Source: Longimicrobiales bacterium
Lineage (GTDB): Bacteria > Gemmatimonadota > Gemmatimonadetes > Longimicrobiales > Gaopeijiaceae
Direction: 5' to 3'
Length of the DNA: 64,000 nucleotides
Assembly (NCBI GenBank): GCA_965226375.1
Contig: CBDDCX010000008.1
Span: 1,696,001 to 1,760,000 of the forward strand
The notes under the pieces were generated by a model. It did no database searches, was not told the origin of the DNA, and saw only the letters and a list, made by a program, of their open reading frames with translations. Every line of letters starts with the position of its first letter. The first letter of the stretch is position 1. Of this stretch, positions 18,878 to 28,998 are shown piece by piece. The position numbers were made by a program, and so were the translations under genes.

Positions 18878-20071
18878 ATGAAGACGGCATGGATCGTTGA
18901 TGCGGCACGCACCCCCATCGGCCGGCACGGAGGCGCTCTTGCGTCCGTCAGACCCGACGACCTGGCGGCATGCGTCATCCGGGCGCTGGTCGAGCGGACC
19001 GGTGTCGACCCGGCAGACGTAGACGACGTGCTCCTCGGGTGTATCAATCAGGCGGGCGAGGACAACCGGAACGTCGCCCGTATGGCGCTCCTTCTCGCCG
19101 AACTCCCGGTTAGCGTTCCGGGAGTCACTGTAAACCGCCTGTGCGGCTCGGGCCTCCAGGCCGTGAATTCAGCCTTTCACGCCATCCAGGCGGGTGAAGG
19201 AGAAGTCTTCATCGCGGGCGGCGTGGAGAGCATGAGCCGCTCCCCCTTCGTGATGCTCAAGCCCGAGCGTGGCTACAGCCGCGGGAATCCTGAGACTGCG
19301 GACACGGTCTTGGGCTGGCGCTTCACAAACCCGGCAATGCCCAGCCACTGGACCATCGGCCTGGGCGAGACGGCGGAGGTGGTCGCCGAGGAGTTCGGGA
19401 TCGGACGCGAGGAACAGGACGCCTTTGCCGCAGAAAGCCAACGGCGAGCCGAACAAGCCATGGAGGCCGGTCGCTTCGACGCGGAGATCGTTCCGGTGGA
19501 GATTCCGCAGCGGAGGGGCGATCCCGTGGTGGTCGACCGGGACGAGCACCCCAGACCCGGTACCACGGCTGAAGACCTGGCCCGGCTGCGCCCAGCCTTC
19601 AAGAAGGGGGGCACGGTCACAGCCGGCAACGCCTCTGGGATCAACGACGGCGCCGCGGCCCTCCTGGTCGTCGAGGAGAGCCGGGCCCGGAGCCTCGGGC
19701 TCGAGCCCATGGCAAGGGTCGTCGCCTCTGGAGTGGCGGGAGTGGAGCCCCATCGCATGGGTATGGGTCCGGTCCCCGCGGGACGACTGGCGTTGCGCCG
19801 CGCTGGCATGGCGGCCGGCGACCTGGACCTGATCGAGTTGAACGAAGCCTTTGCTGCCCAGGCACTTCCTTGCATGCGGCAGCTCGATCTGGATCCAGAA
19901 AACGTGAATGTAAACGGCGGAGCCATCGCCCTGGGACACCCGGTGGGTTGCTCGGGAGCCCGCATCCTCACAACTCTTGTACATGAAATGTCGAGACGAG
20001 AATCCGTCACCGGGATGGCGACCATGTGCATCGGCGTCGGTCAGGGCATCGCGACAGTAGTGTCGACATGA
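18878..20071 (+). CDS. Acetyl-CoA C-acyltransferase (thiolase), PaaJ/PcaF-like
   Basis: [45 protein letters not shown] and MCIGVGQG. Confidence 0.93.
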   Translation: MKTAWIVDAARTPIGRHGGALASVRPDDLAACVIRALVERTGVDPADVDDVLLGCINQAGEDNRNVARMALLLAELPVSVPGVTVNRLCGSGLQAVNSAFHAIQAGEGEVFIAGGVESMSRSPFVMLKPERGYSRGNPETADTVLGWRFTNPAMPSHWTIGLGETAEVVAEEFGIGREEQDAFAAESQRRAEQAMEAGRFDAEIVPVEIPQRRGDPVVVDRDEHPRPGTTAEDLARLRPAFKKGGTVTAGNASGINDGAAALLVVEESRARSLGLEPMARVVASGVAGVEPHRMGMGPVPAGRLALRRAGMAAGDLDLIELNEAFAAQALPCMRQLDLDPENVNVNGGAIALGHPVGCSGARILTTLVHEMSRRESVTGMATMCIGVGQGIATVVST

Positions 20072-20934
20072 CGACCCCTTTCGAGCGAGTCTCCGTTCTC
20101 GGCGCAGGCACGATGGGTCATGGAATCGCACACGTGTGTGCCTCCGTCGGTGTGCAAACCACCCTGTACGACATCGACTTGTCCCAGGTGGAAGCCGGGT
20201 TCGAGCGCATCCGAGCCAACCTCGATAAGGGCGTTTCCCTCGAGAAGATCACGGCAGAGGAGCGGGACGCGACGTTGGGGCGGATCGAACTGACCTCCGA
20301 GCTCGCCTACGCCCTCGAACACACTCCCCTGGTGATCGAGGCGGCTCCGGAGTCGATAGAGATCAAGCTGAATCTCTACCGACTGGTTGAGCAGAGGGTG
20401 GGAGAAGATACGATCTTCGCGACGAACACGTCGTCGCTGAGCATCTCCAAGTTAGCCGCAGGCCTGGAGGCTCCCGATCGCTTCGTGGGCATGCACTTCT
20501 TCAATCCTGTCCACATCATGAAGCTCGTGGAGGTGGTCACGGGTGAGCTGACCTCGGACGAGACCACGAAGATGGTGGTAGACTTCGCTCGCTTCATGGG
20601 CAAGGAGCCCATCGTTGTGAAGGATTCGCCGGGATTCGCTTCGTCGCGGCTCGGCATTGTCCTGGGCCTCGAGGCCATACGCATGGTCGAGGCGGGCGTG
20701 GCAAGCCCGAGTGCGATCGACAAGGCCATGATGCTGGGCTATCGGCATCCCATGGGCCCCCTCAAGCTCACGGACGTGGTCGGTCTCGACGTTCGTCTGG
20801 ACATCGCCCAGTATCTGCACCGGACGTTGGAGTCCGAGGCCTTTCGACCGCCGGATCTGCTCAAACGGATGGTCGCAGAGGGTAAGCTGGGCAAGAAGAC
20901 AGGCGAGGGATTCTACCGCTGGGAAAAGGAATGA
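20068..20934 (+). CDS. 3-hydroxyacyl-CoA dehydrogenase
   Basis: [38 protein letters not shown] and [13 protein letters not shown] overlap. Confidence 0.94.
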   Translation: MTTPFERVSVLGAGTMGHGIAHVCASVGVQTTLYDIDLSQVEAGFERIRANLDKGVSLEKITAEERDATLGRIELTSELAYALEHTPLVIEAAPESIEIKLNLYRLVEQRVGEDTIFATNTSSLSISKLAAGLEAPDRFVGMHFFNPVHIMKLVEVVTGELTSDETTKMVVDFARFMGKEPIVVKDSPGFASSRLGIVLGLEAIRMVEAGVASPSAIDKAMMLGYRHPMGPLKLTDVVGLDVRLDIAQYLHRTLESEAFRPPDLLKRMVAEGKLGKKTGEGFYRWEKE

Positions 20935-21710
20935 GCGACGCACCCCTCCTCTTGGAGCGCGATGGGGCGCTGGGCGTTCTCACGCTCAATCGCCCCGACA
21001 AGCTCAACGCCCTGAACCAGGATCTTCGTCAGCGCATCAAGGACGCGCTCCACGAGCTGGCCCACGATCCGAGCGTCAAGGTCGCCATCATTCACGGCCA
21101 AGGTGAAAAGGCCTTCATCGCCGGGGCAGACGTCTCAGAATTCGCGTCGCGCACCGCGGCGGAACAACGAGAGGTCTACCAGAACCCGCGGGTGTACGAC
21201 GTGGCGGCGGCTTTCCCAAAGCCGTTGATTGCGGCGATCCACGGATTCTGCATCGGGGGCGGTTGCGAACTGGCGCTCGCGTGCGACATCCGGGTGGCCG
21301 ATCGGACCGCGCGTTTCAGTCAGGCCGAGATCCGGTTGGGCCTCATTCCTGGTGCCGGCGGTACACAGCGTCTCGCCCGCTTGGTGGGGGCCGGTCAGGC
21401 CATGCGAATCGCCCTCACCGGTGACTTTGTCGAGGCTGAAGAGGCGTTTCGTATCGGACTGGTAGAGTTCTTGGTCGATGATGGCCAACACCTGGAGAAG
21501 GCTCGTGAGCTGGCCGGGCGTATGGCTCGCTGGAGCCCCGTGGCACTGCGCCTGGTAAAGCAATCCGTTCAGGCCGCCTCCGAGACTCCCCTCGCGGCCG
21601 GGCTCGACCTCGAGCGGGAGCTGTTCCTCTCGGCGTTCGCCAGCGACGACGGGCGCGAAGGGGTGCAGGCGTTCGTGGAGAAGCGAAAGCCGGAATTCAA
21701 GGGCCGATGA
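20931..21710 (+). CDS. Enoyl-CoA hydratase (crotonase)
   Basis: LNRPDKLNAL, FIAGADV, GGGCELALACD and EIRLGLIPGAGGTQRL. Confidence 0.93.
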   Translation: MSDAPLLLERDGALGVLTLNRPDKLNALNQDLRQRIKDALHELAHDPSVKVAIIHGQGEKAFIAGADVSEFASRTAAEQREVYQNPRVYDVAAAFPKPLIAAIHGFCIGGGCELALACDIRVADRTARFSQAEIRLGLIPGAGGTQRLARLVGAGQAMRIALTGDFVEAEEAFRIGLVEFLVDDGQHLEKARELAGRMARWSPVALRLVKQSVQAASETPLAAGLDLERELFLSAFASDDGREGVQAFVEKRKPEFKGR

Positions 21711-21744
21711 CACCGGACTCCGTACGATCCGTCGGATCAAGCGC

Positions 21745-22092
21745 ATGAGCGACACCCAGGCACCTCGAGGCGACACTACCGGGACTCAGGCCGAGCTGGA
21801 AGCGCTGCGGGACCGCATCATGCAGTTGGACGACGAGATCATCCGCCTCATCGGAGAGCGACGTACGGTCGCGATCGAGATCGGCCGCGTGAAACAGGAC
21901 CTGGATCTTCCGGTGCTCGATCCGGCCCGTGAAGCGCTAGTCGTACGCCGCGCTGCTGAGAGGGCTCGGGAACTGGGCGTCGATCCGGAGCTAGCCCGGG
22001 ACGTGGTCCGGCGCATCATTTCGGGCGCCCGCCGGGCCCAAAGTGGAGACCCTTCCCGGGCAGGGTCCGGCACATCCGATTCGACCGACTAG
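21745..22092 (+). CDS. Chorismate mutase (AroQ-type)
   Basis: LEALRDRIMQLDDEIIRLIGER..IGRVK..LPVLDPARE. Confidence 0.85.
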   Translation: MSDTQAPRGDTTGTQAELEALRDRIMQLDDEIIRLIGERRTVAIEIGRVKQDLDLPVLDPAREALVVRRAAERARELGVDPELARDVVRRIISGARRAQSGDPSRAGSGTSDSTD

Positions 22093-22133
22093 CCGAAAGG
22101 GAGAGGGAGATCAGGCAACGTCGGCTACCTCTC

Positions 22134-22290
22134 GTCAGTCGGGGCGGCGGAGCCGCGTTAGGCGCGGCGGAGCCGCGTTAGTCGGCGCGGCGGAGCCGCG
22201 TTAGTCGGCGCGGCGGAGCCGCGTTAGTCGGCGCGGCGGAGCGGCGTTAGTCGGCGCGGCGGAGCCGCGTTAGTCGGCGCGGCGGAGCCG
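22134..22290. repeat. Tandem array of ~7 units of a 23-bp palindromic repeat
   Basis: Unit GTTAGTCGGCGCGGCGGAGCCGC with hairpin CGCGGC-GGA-GCCGCG. No unique spacers. Confidence 0.9.
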
Positions 22291-23265
22291 GCGATCGGGC
22301 ATGCCCAAGGCGGCTACCACCTGAGGACCTGCGCCAACAGGCACACGGAGAGGATACGCCGCGCCCGGAGGTGTCATGTCCCTGATGAGCTGAGGGTTGA
22401 ACTCGTGCATGCGCGCCGTCGACACGCCCACGGACTCTGCCACGCCCTCGAGTCACGTTCCCCCCGGAGTCCAGACGATGTCGTACGTATACGGCTCCGC
22501 ACGGGTGACTGCGAATCCGTACTTCGAGGCGTAGCGAGCCAAGTACGTAGCGGCTACGAGCTTGGGTACGTACTGGGCCGTCTCCGGTGGTAGGTGGTCC
22601 ACTATCTCCCAGTACAGGCTCTCGTCACCGACCCGTCCACCCGCATGTCGGTTGAGGGCACGGGACACACGGGTGGGACCCGCGTTGTATGCCGCGGATG
22701 CCAGATACCAGGAGCCGTACCGCTCGTACAACTCCTCCAGGTAGTCGAGCGCGGCGTCGGTGGCACGGACCGGGTCACGTCGCTCATCCACGTAGGAGTC
22801 GATGCGTAGACCGTACGCCAAAGCCGTCGGGCTCATGAACTGCCAAACGCCGAGGGCCGAAACATAGGACCGAGCGCTCGGAACGAATCCGGACTCTATC
22901 GCGGCCAGATACAGCAATTCCTCAGGCATACCGCGCTCGCGGAGCTTGGCCGTGATCATGTCCGAGTAGAGGCCCGCCCTCGAGAGAATCTCCTCGAACG
23001 CCTTCTTCTCCTCGGTGACAAACCGACGGGTCCAGTATTCGACCCGCTCGTTCTGATGTAGAGGCAATTGGGCCGATGCCAACTCACGCTCGATGTCGGC
23101 GAGCACCACCGGCACGACCTCTTCACTCAGCCAGCCGGAGTCGTTGACTACGTCATCTCCGTCGTCGAAACCCCACCCGGCGGCAAGAAACGCCGCGGTC
23201 AGCACGAGTGCCGCGCCACGAACCACTCGCCTCAGCCATTTATCGCATATCGCTCTGGAGTACAT
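22270..23265 (-). pseudogene. Lytic transglycosylase (MltD-like SLT domain) with an in-frame TGA at 22453-22455
   Basis: MPEELLYLAAIESGF, ALGVWQFM, DERRDP, AYNAG and ETAQYVPK. The frame stays protein-like past the TGA (LEGVAESVGV..FNPQL..TPPG..LRVP) to TAA at 22270. AAGGAGG RBS before ATG 23265. Confidence 0.8.
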
Positions 23266-23401
23266 ACCACCCTCCTTATTTATCTGTCTCGCACACCGTA
23301 CGAGCCGATCCTTCAAAAAGATCCACTCCGTCCGCCCAAATCAGGTACGGGTCCGAAAAGATCCAGGATCCTGTGTCTTGTTCAATTCTACTGCGAGGCA
23401 T

Positions 23402-23442
23402 AAAGAAAGCCCGCTTCGCAGGGCCTCCCCGCGAAGCGGACT
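23402..23442 (-). terminator. Rho-independent terminator after rpmA
   Basis: Minus strand reads AGTCCGCTTCGC..GCGAAGCGGGCT followed by TTCTTT. Confidence 0.7.
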
Positions 23443-23460
23443 GGTAACGTCTTTAGGGAA

Positions 23461-23727
23461 CTACTCGCCCGAGGCGATCGATGGGTACACCGACACGGCC
23501 TTACGCCGACGGTAGGTCTCGAACTTCACCACGCCATCTGCGGTGGCGAACAGCGTGTCGTCTCTTCCCTTGGACACATTATTGCCCGGGTGGAACGGCG
23601 TACCACGCTGGCGAATGATAATGCTGCCAGCGCTGACCCATTCTCCTCCGTATCGCTTTACGCCGAGCCGCTTCGGATTGCTGTCGCGGCCGTTTCGGCT
23701 CGAGCCCACGCCTTTTTTATGTGCCAT
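23461..23727 (-). CDS. rpmA: 50S ribosomal protein L27
   Basis: [24 protein letters not shown] and IIRQRGT. Confidence 0.99.
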   Translation of the reverse strand: MAHKKGVGSSRNGRDSNPKRLGVKRYGGEWVSAGSIIIRQRGTPFHPGNNVSKGRDDTLFATADGVVKFETYRRRKAVSVYPSIASGE

Positions 23728-23766
23728 GCGATGTCCCTCGGAGTATCGCTCCGGATGTCGGTGCGC

Positions 23767-24078
23767 CTAGAGCTTGATGTCGGCAATCCGAATCTCGGTG
23801 AACTTCTGACGGTGTCCCTGCTTCTTGCGGTAGCCCTTCCTGCGCTTCCGTTTGAACACGATGATCTTCTTGTCCTTGCCGTGGCGGAGCACTTCGGCGG
23901 TTACCTTGGCGCCACTCACCAGAGGCTGTCCCACTGAGAGCGCTGATCCGTCCGAGGCAAGCAGAACCTCATCGAACGAGATCGTGCTTCCCTCGTCCGC
24001 TTCCAAGGACGGAATCCGGAGCCTTACGCCCGGTTCCGCCCGGAACTGCTTACCACCTGTCTGAAAAACCGCGTACAT
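23767..24078 (-). CDS. rplU: 50S ribosomal protein L21
   Basis: MYAVFQTGGKQFR and FKRKRRKGYRKKQGHRQ. Confidence 0.99.
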   Translation of the reverse strand: MYAVFQTGGKQFRAEPGVRLRIPSLEADEGSTISFDEVLLASDGSALSVGQPLVSGAKVTAEVLRHGKDKKIIVFKRKRRKGYRKKQGHRQKFTEIRIADIKL

Positions 24079-24164
24079 GCTGTGCCTCGATGGCAGTACA
24101 GTGTCATCCACTAGAGCCTTAAAATCTCACGAAAATGAAGGGACTGGTCAAGATGTGGCCAGAC

Positions 24165-25688
24165 TCATGCAGCTGCGTAGCGAGCCGTCACGTCCGTCTC
24201 CGCCGCACCCGAGAGGATTCGGAACTCGTCCTCTCTGAGTAGCGGGTCGTCCCTCATGTCCAGCGACAGCTTGGTATGGCGTCGCAATCTTCGTAGGAAG
24301 TCAGGCTCGTCTTCCAGGATGCGCAGGGTCACCTCGGGATGCATCCGAATCATGATCTTCCGTTCCTCACCCCTGGCTGTGACCCTCGAGAGACTTCTCT
24401 CGATCTGCCGGACGACGGTGGCCGGAGTGTACACCCGCCCCCCACCCTCACAGTGGTCACAGTGCTTTGTCAGGGAAGTGAAGAGAGACGGCCGTACCCG
24501 CTGTCGTGTCATCTCCACCAGCCCCAGCCCGGAAACCTCGAAAGCCTTGGTCCGAGCGCGATCGCGTGCGAGGTGGGTTCTGAGCTCCTGGAGGACACGA
24601 TCGCGGTTCTGTTGGGACTCCATATCGATGAAGTCGCACACGATGATTCCCCCGATGTCGCGCAGCCGAAGCTGGCGGGCGATCTCACCCGCGGCGTCCA
24701 GATTGGTCTTGAGGATGGTGCGCTCGGCATCCTTCTTACCGGTGTAGCGGCCCGTGTTGACGTCTATGGACACGAGCGCCTCGGTCGGCTCGATGATGAT
24801 ATAGCCGCCCGAGGGCATGATCACCTTCTTCTGGAACGCCGCCTGAATGCCTTCTTCGACCCCGTACTTGTCGAAGAGTGCAACCGGGTCCGAATAGAGT
24901 CGCACTCGGTCCTTCAGGTCAGGGGCCACGTTCTTCACGTACTGCAGGATCTCGTTGTAGACGGCCTTGTTGTCGACCGTAATCGACTCGAAGCGATTGC
25001 TGAAGAGGTCGCGAATGACCCCACTGATGAGCTTAGCCTCGCGGTGCAGGAGCGCCGGAGCCTTCACCCCATCCTTCTTCTTGAGGATCTTCTTCCAGAT
25101 CGCGTGGAGGCGCTTGAAGTCCTTCTCGAAGGTGTCCTCGTTGAGCTCCTCGCTCACGGTACGGACGATGATCCCGCCGCTATTCTTGGGCAGAATGCTC
25201 TTGGCGAGCTTGCGCAGCCTGGAGCGCTCGTCACGATCCTCGATCTTTCGACTGACGCCCACGTGGGACGAGCCGGGCATGTAGACCAGAAATCGGCCCG
25301 GGAGCGAGATCTCGGCGGTCAGGCGAGGTCCCTTGGTACTGATGGGCTCCTTGGTGACCTGTACGATCACCTGCTGGCCCTTCTTGATCATGTCCTGAAT
25401 GGGGGGATACTTCTTCGGGCGCCGCCGTCTCCCTCCCCCGCCGTTGTCCTCGTCGTCTTCACCCGTCTCGACGTCCGAGACGTGAAGGAATCCCGCCTTG
25501 TCCGTTCCGATATCGACGAAGGCGGCTTGAATACCGGGCAAGACCGCTTCGACCTTGCCTAAATAGATGTCACCGAGCAAACGCCCTTGATCGGGCCGGT
25601 CGAACAATATCTCGACCAACTGCTCGTCTTCCATGAGCGCCACCCACGATTCGTGGGCCGAAGCGCTCACGAGGATTTCTCTCCTCAA
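24165..25688 (-). CDS. rng: Rne/Rng family ribonuclease (RNase G-size)
   Basis: GDIYLGKVEAVLPGIQAAFVDIG, QVTKEPISTKGPRLT, SIDVNTG, QLRLRDIGGIIVCDFIDM and CDHC. Confidence 0.95.
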   Translation of the reverse strand: MRREILVSASAHESWVALMEDEQLVEILFDRPDQGRLLGDIYLGKVEAVLPGIQAAFVDIGTDKAGFLHVSDVETGEDDEDNGGGGRRRRPKKYPPIQDMIKKGQQVIVQVTKEPISTKGPRLTAEISLPGRFLVYMPGSSHVGVSRKIEDRDERSRLRKLAKSILPKNSGGIIVRTVSEELNEDTFEKDFKRLHAIWKKILKKKDGVKAPALLHREAKLISGVIRDLFSNRFESITVDNKAVYNEILQYVKNVAPDLKDRVRLYSDPVALFDKYGVEEGIQAAFQKKVIMPSGGYIIIEPTEALVSIDVNTGRYTGKKDAERTILKTNLDAAGEIARQLRLRDIGGIIVCDFIDMESQQNRDRVLQELRTHLARDRARTKAFEVSGLGLVEMTRQRVRPSLFTSLTKHCDHCEGGGRVYTPATVVRQIERSLSRVTARGEERKIMIRMHPEVTLRILEDEPDFLRRLRRHTKLSLDMRDDPLLREDEFRILSGAAETDVTARYAAA

Positions 25689-25710
25689 TGTACTTTTCTC
25701 CTTGGTCGGC

Positions 25711-25878
25711 TACTCGCGGCCAATCTCGCCGGTGCGCCCACTCCGCCCCGGCCTCGGGCCTCCCACGTTCTGGGGAGGAGCGAAGCCGGCCGCAGCATGG
25801 GCGGCCCGCGTAGCGCACGTTATCCGCGCGCGCACCGCGCGCTTACAGCGCTCGGTTGGCGAGCCAGCGGCCCGAGTA
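25711..25878 (-). promoter_or_regulatory. Candidate structured leader RNA upstream of rng
   Basis: Nested long-range complementarity: TACTCG/CGAGTA, GGCC/GGCC, CTCGCC/GGCGAG and GGTGCGC/GCGCACC. Ends just before the AAGGAG RBS. Confidence 0.4.
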
Positions 25879-25888
25879 TGCTTCCCTG

Positions 25889-27115
25889 TTATGCCAGCGC
25901 CGATCCGTCGAACATCTCCTTGATGAGCTGTCGACCGATCACCAAACGCTGAATCTCGTTAGTTCCCTCACCGATCTCGCAAACCTTGGCGTCGCGCATC
26001 ATGCGCTCCACCGGGTAGTCGGCGGTGTATCCCGCTCCACCCATGATCTGGACCGCGCTCTGCGTGGCTCGCATGGAAAGCTCAGAACAGAAGAGCTTGG
26101 CCATGGCGGCCTCCTTCATGAACGGTCGGCCCTGATCCTTGAGCCAGGCTGCGTGGTACGTGAGGTGTTTACCTGCTTGAATGTCTGTGGCGATGTCCGC
26201 CAACTGAAATTGGACGTTCTGGAAGTTCCAAATCTTCTCTCCAAACTGCTCGCGCTCGTTCGAATACCGCATTGCTGTCTCAAACGCTCCCTCGGCCAAG
26301 CCTAGAGAGAGGGCCGCAATGCCGATCCGACCGGCGTCCAGGGTTTTCATGAAGTTGATAAAGCCCTGTCCCTCTTCACCCAGCCGATCCTCTTCGGGAA
26401 CGAGCGCATCCTCCATGATCAACTCCCGAGTATCAGAAGCTCTCCACCCCATCTTGTCCTCTTTCTTGCCCGCCCGCACCCCCTCGAGGAACGGAAGGCT
26501 GTCATCGTGTCCGAAACCGAGCGATCGGGTCCGCTCTAAGTCCACCGTCGGCTTACACACGATGAAGCTCGAGATTCCCGCGGATCCTCGATCGGGCTCG
26601 GTCACCGCGGTGATCGTGAAGATCTCTCCCACACCCGCATGGGTGATGAAGATCTTCGATCCGCTGACACGGTATCCTCCGTTCTCGCGAACGGCACGCG
26701 TCAGCGTTCCGCCCGCATCGGAGCCGGCTCCCGGTTCGGTGAGCCCGAACCCACCGAGCACCTTCCCGCTGGCCAAGGGCGGCACGTACTTCTCCCGCTG
26801 AGCGTCACTGCCGAACTGCAGGATGGGAGAAGTGCCCAGTGTGGTGTGGGCGGAAACCGTAATAGCGTGGCTCGCGTCGACCTTGGCGAGCTCCTCGACC
26901 ACCAGAATGTAACTCAAGTAGTCACGGCCCATACCCCCGAGCTCACTGGGGACCGGTACGCCGAGCAAGCCCATCTCCCCCATCGCCTTGACGCTTTCCC
27001 AGGGAAAGTTCGTCGACTCGTCGGCTTCCCGGGCGTGGGGCGCAACGCATTCTCGGGCAAAGGCCCGCACCTCTTCCACGAGGTTGTTGTGCTCTTCTGA
27101 CAGATATCTATGCAT
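25889..27115 (-). CDS. Acyl-CoA dehydrogenase (short/branched-chain type)
   Basis: GFGLTEPGAGSD, GSKIFIT, KMGWRASDT, TLDAGRIGIAA and EIGEGTNEIQR. Confidence 0.95.
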   Translation of the reverse strand: MHRYLSEEHNNLVEEVRAFARECVAPHAREADESTNFPWESVKAMGEMGLLGVPVPSELGGMGRDYLSYILVVEELAKVDASHAITVSAHTTLGTSPILQFGSDAQREKYVPPLASGKVLGGFGLTEPGAGSDAGGTLTRAVRENGGYRVSGSKIFITHAGVGEIFTITAVTEPDRGSAGISSFIVCKPTVDLERTRSLGFGHDDSLPFLEGVRAGKKEDKMGWRASDTRELIMEDALVPEEDRLGEEGQGFINFMKTLDAGRIGIAALSLGLAEGAFETAMRYSNEREQFGEKIWNFQNVQFQLADIATDIQAGKHLTYHAAWLKDQGRPFMKEAAMAKLFCSELSMRATQSAVQIMGGAGYTADYPVERMMRDAKVCEIGEGTNEIQRLVIGRQLIKEMFDGSALA

Positions 27116-27544
27116 ACGGTTCTTTGGCACCGAAGATTCGTTTCGACACTCGCCGGCCATTCTTGTCACAGAGGTCACAGCCTCCACAAGCCGCTGTCAC
27201 GTCCCCGAAATAGTCGAGGAGCACCGCTCGCCGACACCGGCCGGCGGCGGCATATTTCCGAACGGCTCCAAGACTTGCCAGGGCACCCTCCCGCAGTCGG
27301 CGAGGGCCCGCCCAGTCTGGATTACCGGGTCGTAACGCGACGTCCAACAGCTCGTGCCCAGAGTCGCTCTCCGACTCCGATTCCGACAAGCAACTCGGCT
27401 CTTTGTTACCCACAAGGCACCGTTCAGAGCCCCGCGGGCCGGATCCGCGGTAGACTCGTACGGCTCCGATCCCCTCTCTGCCAACGTACGTGAGACACGG
27501 AGCACGCAAAGAATTAGAGTAGGGCGAAGGCAGAGAAAACGAAC

Positions 27545-27994
27545 ATGTTGGGACTGCGAGAGAGAATGGCAGAGAATGGTAGTGCCCCTGGAACCGGGGA
27601 GGCCAAGCGAAGCGCGGCAGCTCCTGCGGACCCGGAGGTAGTAGATAGGCCGCTACGGCGGCGGTTCAGTCCGTCGTACAAGCTGCGGATCGTCGAAGAA
27701 GCGGACCGGTGCACCGAGCCCGGCGAGGTGGGTCAAGTCCTGCGGCGAGAGGGCCTGTACTCGTCGCACCTGACGACGTGGCGCAAGGCGGCGCATAGCG
27801 GGTCGCTGAAGGCCCTGTCGAAGAAACGCGGCCGCAAGCCGGAGCGAAATCCGCTGGATGAGAAGGTACGCAAGCTGGAGCGGCGAAACGCACGGCTCGG
27901 GAATGAGCTCAGGAAGGCACACCTGATCATCGACGTGCAGGGAAAAGTTGCGGGGCTGCTGGGGATAAGCCTCGACGACGGGACAAACTCTTGA
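27545..27994 (+). CDS. IS3-family transposase OrfA (HTH)
   Basis: Translation identical to 15876-16325. Confidence 0.9.
   Translation: MLGLRERMAENGSAPGTGEAKRSAAAPADPEVVDRPLRRRFSPSYKLRIVEEADRCTEPGEVGQVLRREGLYSSHLTTWRKAAHSGSLKALSKKRGRKPERNPLDEKVRKLERRNARLGNELRKAHLIIDVQGKVAGLLGISLDDGTNS
27940..27979 (+). promoter_or_regulatory. Putative -1 programmed ribosomal frameshift signal
   Basis: G GGA AAA heptamer in the OrfA frame and a downstream stem CGGGGCT/AGCCTCG. The -1 frame is open into OrfB. Mirrored at 15924-15930 in copy A. Confidence 0.65.
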
Positions 27995-28998
27995 AGGCGG
28001 CCGATGAGCTGGCTAAGCACGTCGGTGTAAAACCGGCGTGCGCGGCCCTCGAGGTCTCCCGATCGACGTTGTACCGTCGTCGAGGCCCATCAACCGGGCA
28101 ACAGCAGCCCCGCCCGACGCCCGCCCGGGCATTGAGCGAGACGGAACGAGGCGAGGTCTTCGACACGCTGTGTTCGGAGCGGTTCGTGGACCGCTCACCC
28201 GCCGAGGTGGTGGCCACGCTGCTCGACGAAGAGGTCTACCTGTGCAGCGAACGCACGATGTATCGTGTTCTGGCCTCCGAGGTGCCGGTTCAGGAACGCC
28301 GGGCGCAGCGCACCCATCCCGAGTACAAGAAGCCCGAGTTGATGGCCACGGCGCCGAACCAGGTGTGGTCCTGGGATATCACGCGGCTGCTCGGGCCGAA
28401 GAAGTGGAGCTATTACTACCTCTACGTCATCATGGACATCTACAGCCGCTACGTCGTGGGCTGGATGGTGGCGGACCGGGAGAACTCGGCCCTGGCCGGC
28501 CGGTTGATCCAGCAGAGCTGCCTGAAGCATGGCGTCCAGCCCCGGGTCCTGACCCTGCACTCGGATCGGGGAGCTCCAATGACGAGCCAATGCACCGCTC
28601 AACTTCTCGCTGACCTCGGCGTGACCCGCTCGTTGAGCCGGCCTCAGGTGTCGGATGACAACCCGTTTTCCGAGGCTCAGTTCAAAACCTTGAAGTACCA
28701 TCCCTCGTTTCCCGGACGGTTCGGGGATCAGGGCCAAGCCAAGACGTTCTGTCGATCGTTCTTCCGCTGGTACAATGCCGAGCACCGCCATGGCGGCATC
28801 TCGATGCTAACCCCCGAGCAGGTCCACTTCGGGAACGCCGATCAGGTCATTGCCGGCAGGAAATCCGTGCTCCGCGAAGCATGGGCCGCTCATCCCGAAC
28901 GCTTCGTCAGAGGTGTGCCGAAGCCCAAACCGCTCCCGGAGGCCGTCTTCATCAATCCTCCCATCCCTTCCCTCACCACACAGGACATTGCTCTCTAA
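27991..28998 (+). CDS. IS3-family transposase OrfB (rve/DDE)
   Basis: Translation identical to 14872-15879. Confidence 0.93.
   Translation: MKAADELAKHVGVKPACAALEVSRSTLYRRRGPSTGQQQPRPTPARALSETERGEVFDTLCSERFVDRSPAEVVATLLDEEVYLCSERTMYRVLASEVPVQERRAQRTHPEYKKPELMATAPNQVWSWDITRLLGPKKWSYYYLYVIMDIYSRYVVGWMVADRENSALAGRLIQQSCLKHGVQPRVLTLHSDRGAPMTSQCTAQLLADLGVTRSLSRPQVSDDNPFSEAQFKTLKYHPSFPGRFGDQGQAKTFCRSFFRWYNAEHRHGGISMLTPEQVHFGNADQVIAGRKSVLREAWAAHPERFVRGVPKPKPLPEAVFINPPIPSLTTQDIAL

Noticed and set aside
22134..22290. CRISPR array
   Set aside because: The repeats are head-to-tail with no unique spacers, and there are no cas genes in the window.
22453..22455. Selenocysteine or genetic-code reassignment of TGA
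   Set aside because: The position is not a catalytic Cys site, and TGA ends many intact genes in this window.
24339..25562. Long antisense ORFs (this one, 13044-14120, 29397-30608, 40594-41610 and similar)
   Set aside because: They are shadows of well-supported genes on the opposite strand, expected at high GC, with no motifs or RBS.
25711..25878. SRP RNA, 6S RNA or tRNA
   Set aside because: No SRP domain-IV motif or cloverleaf is visible, and the fold is branched rather than a 6S-like rod. Kept only as a candidate leader.
16398..27472. Composite transposon or past inversion bounded by the two IS3-family copies
   Set aside because: Copy B has its own TSD with recQ halves on both sides, the outer flanks do not match, and the cargo includes ribosomal protein genes.
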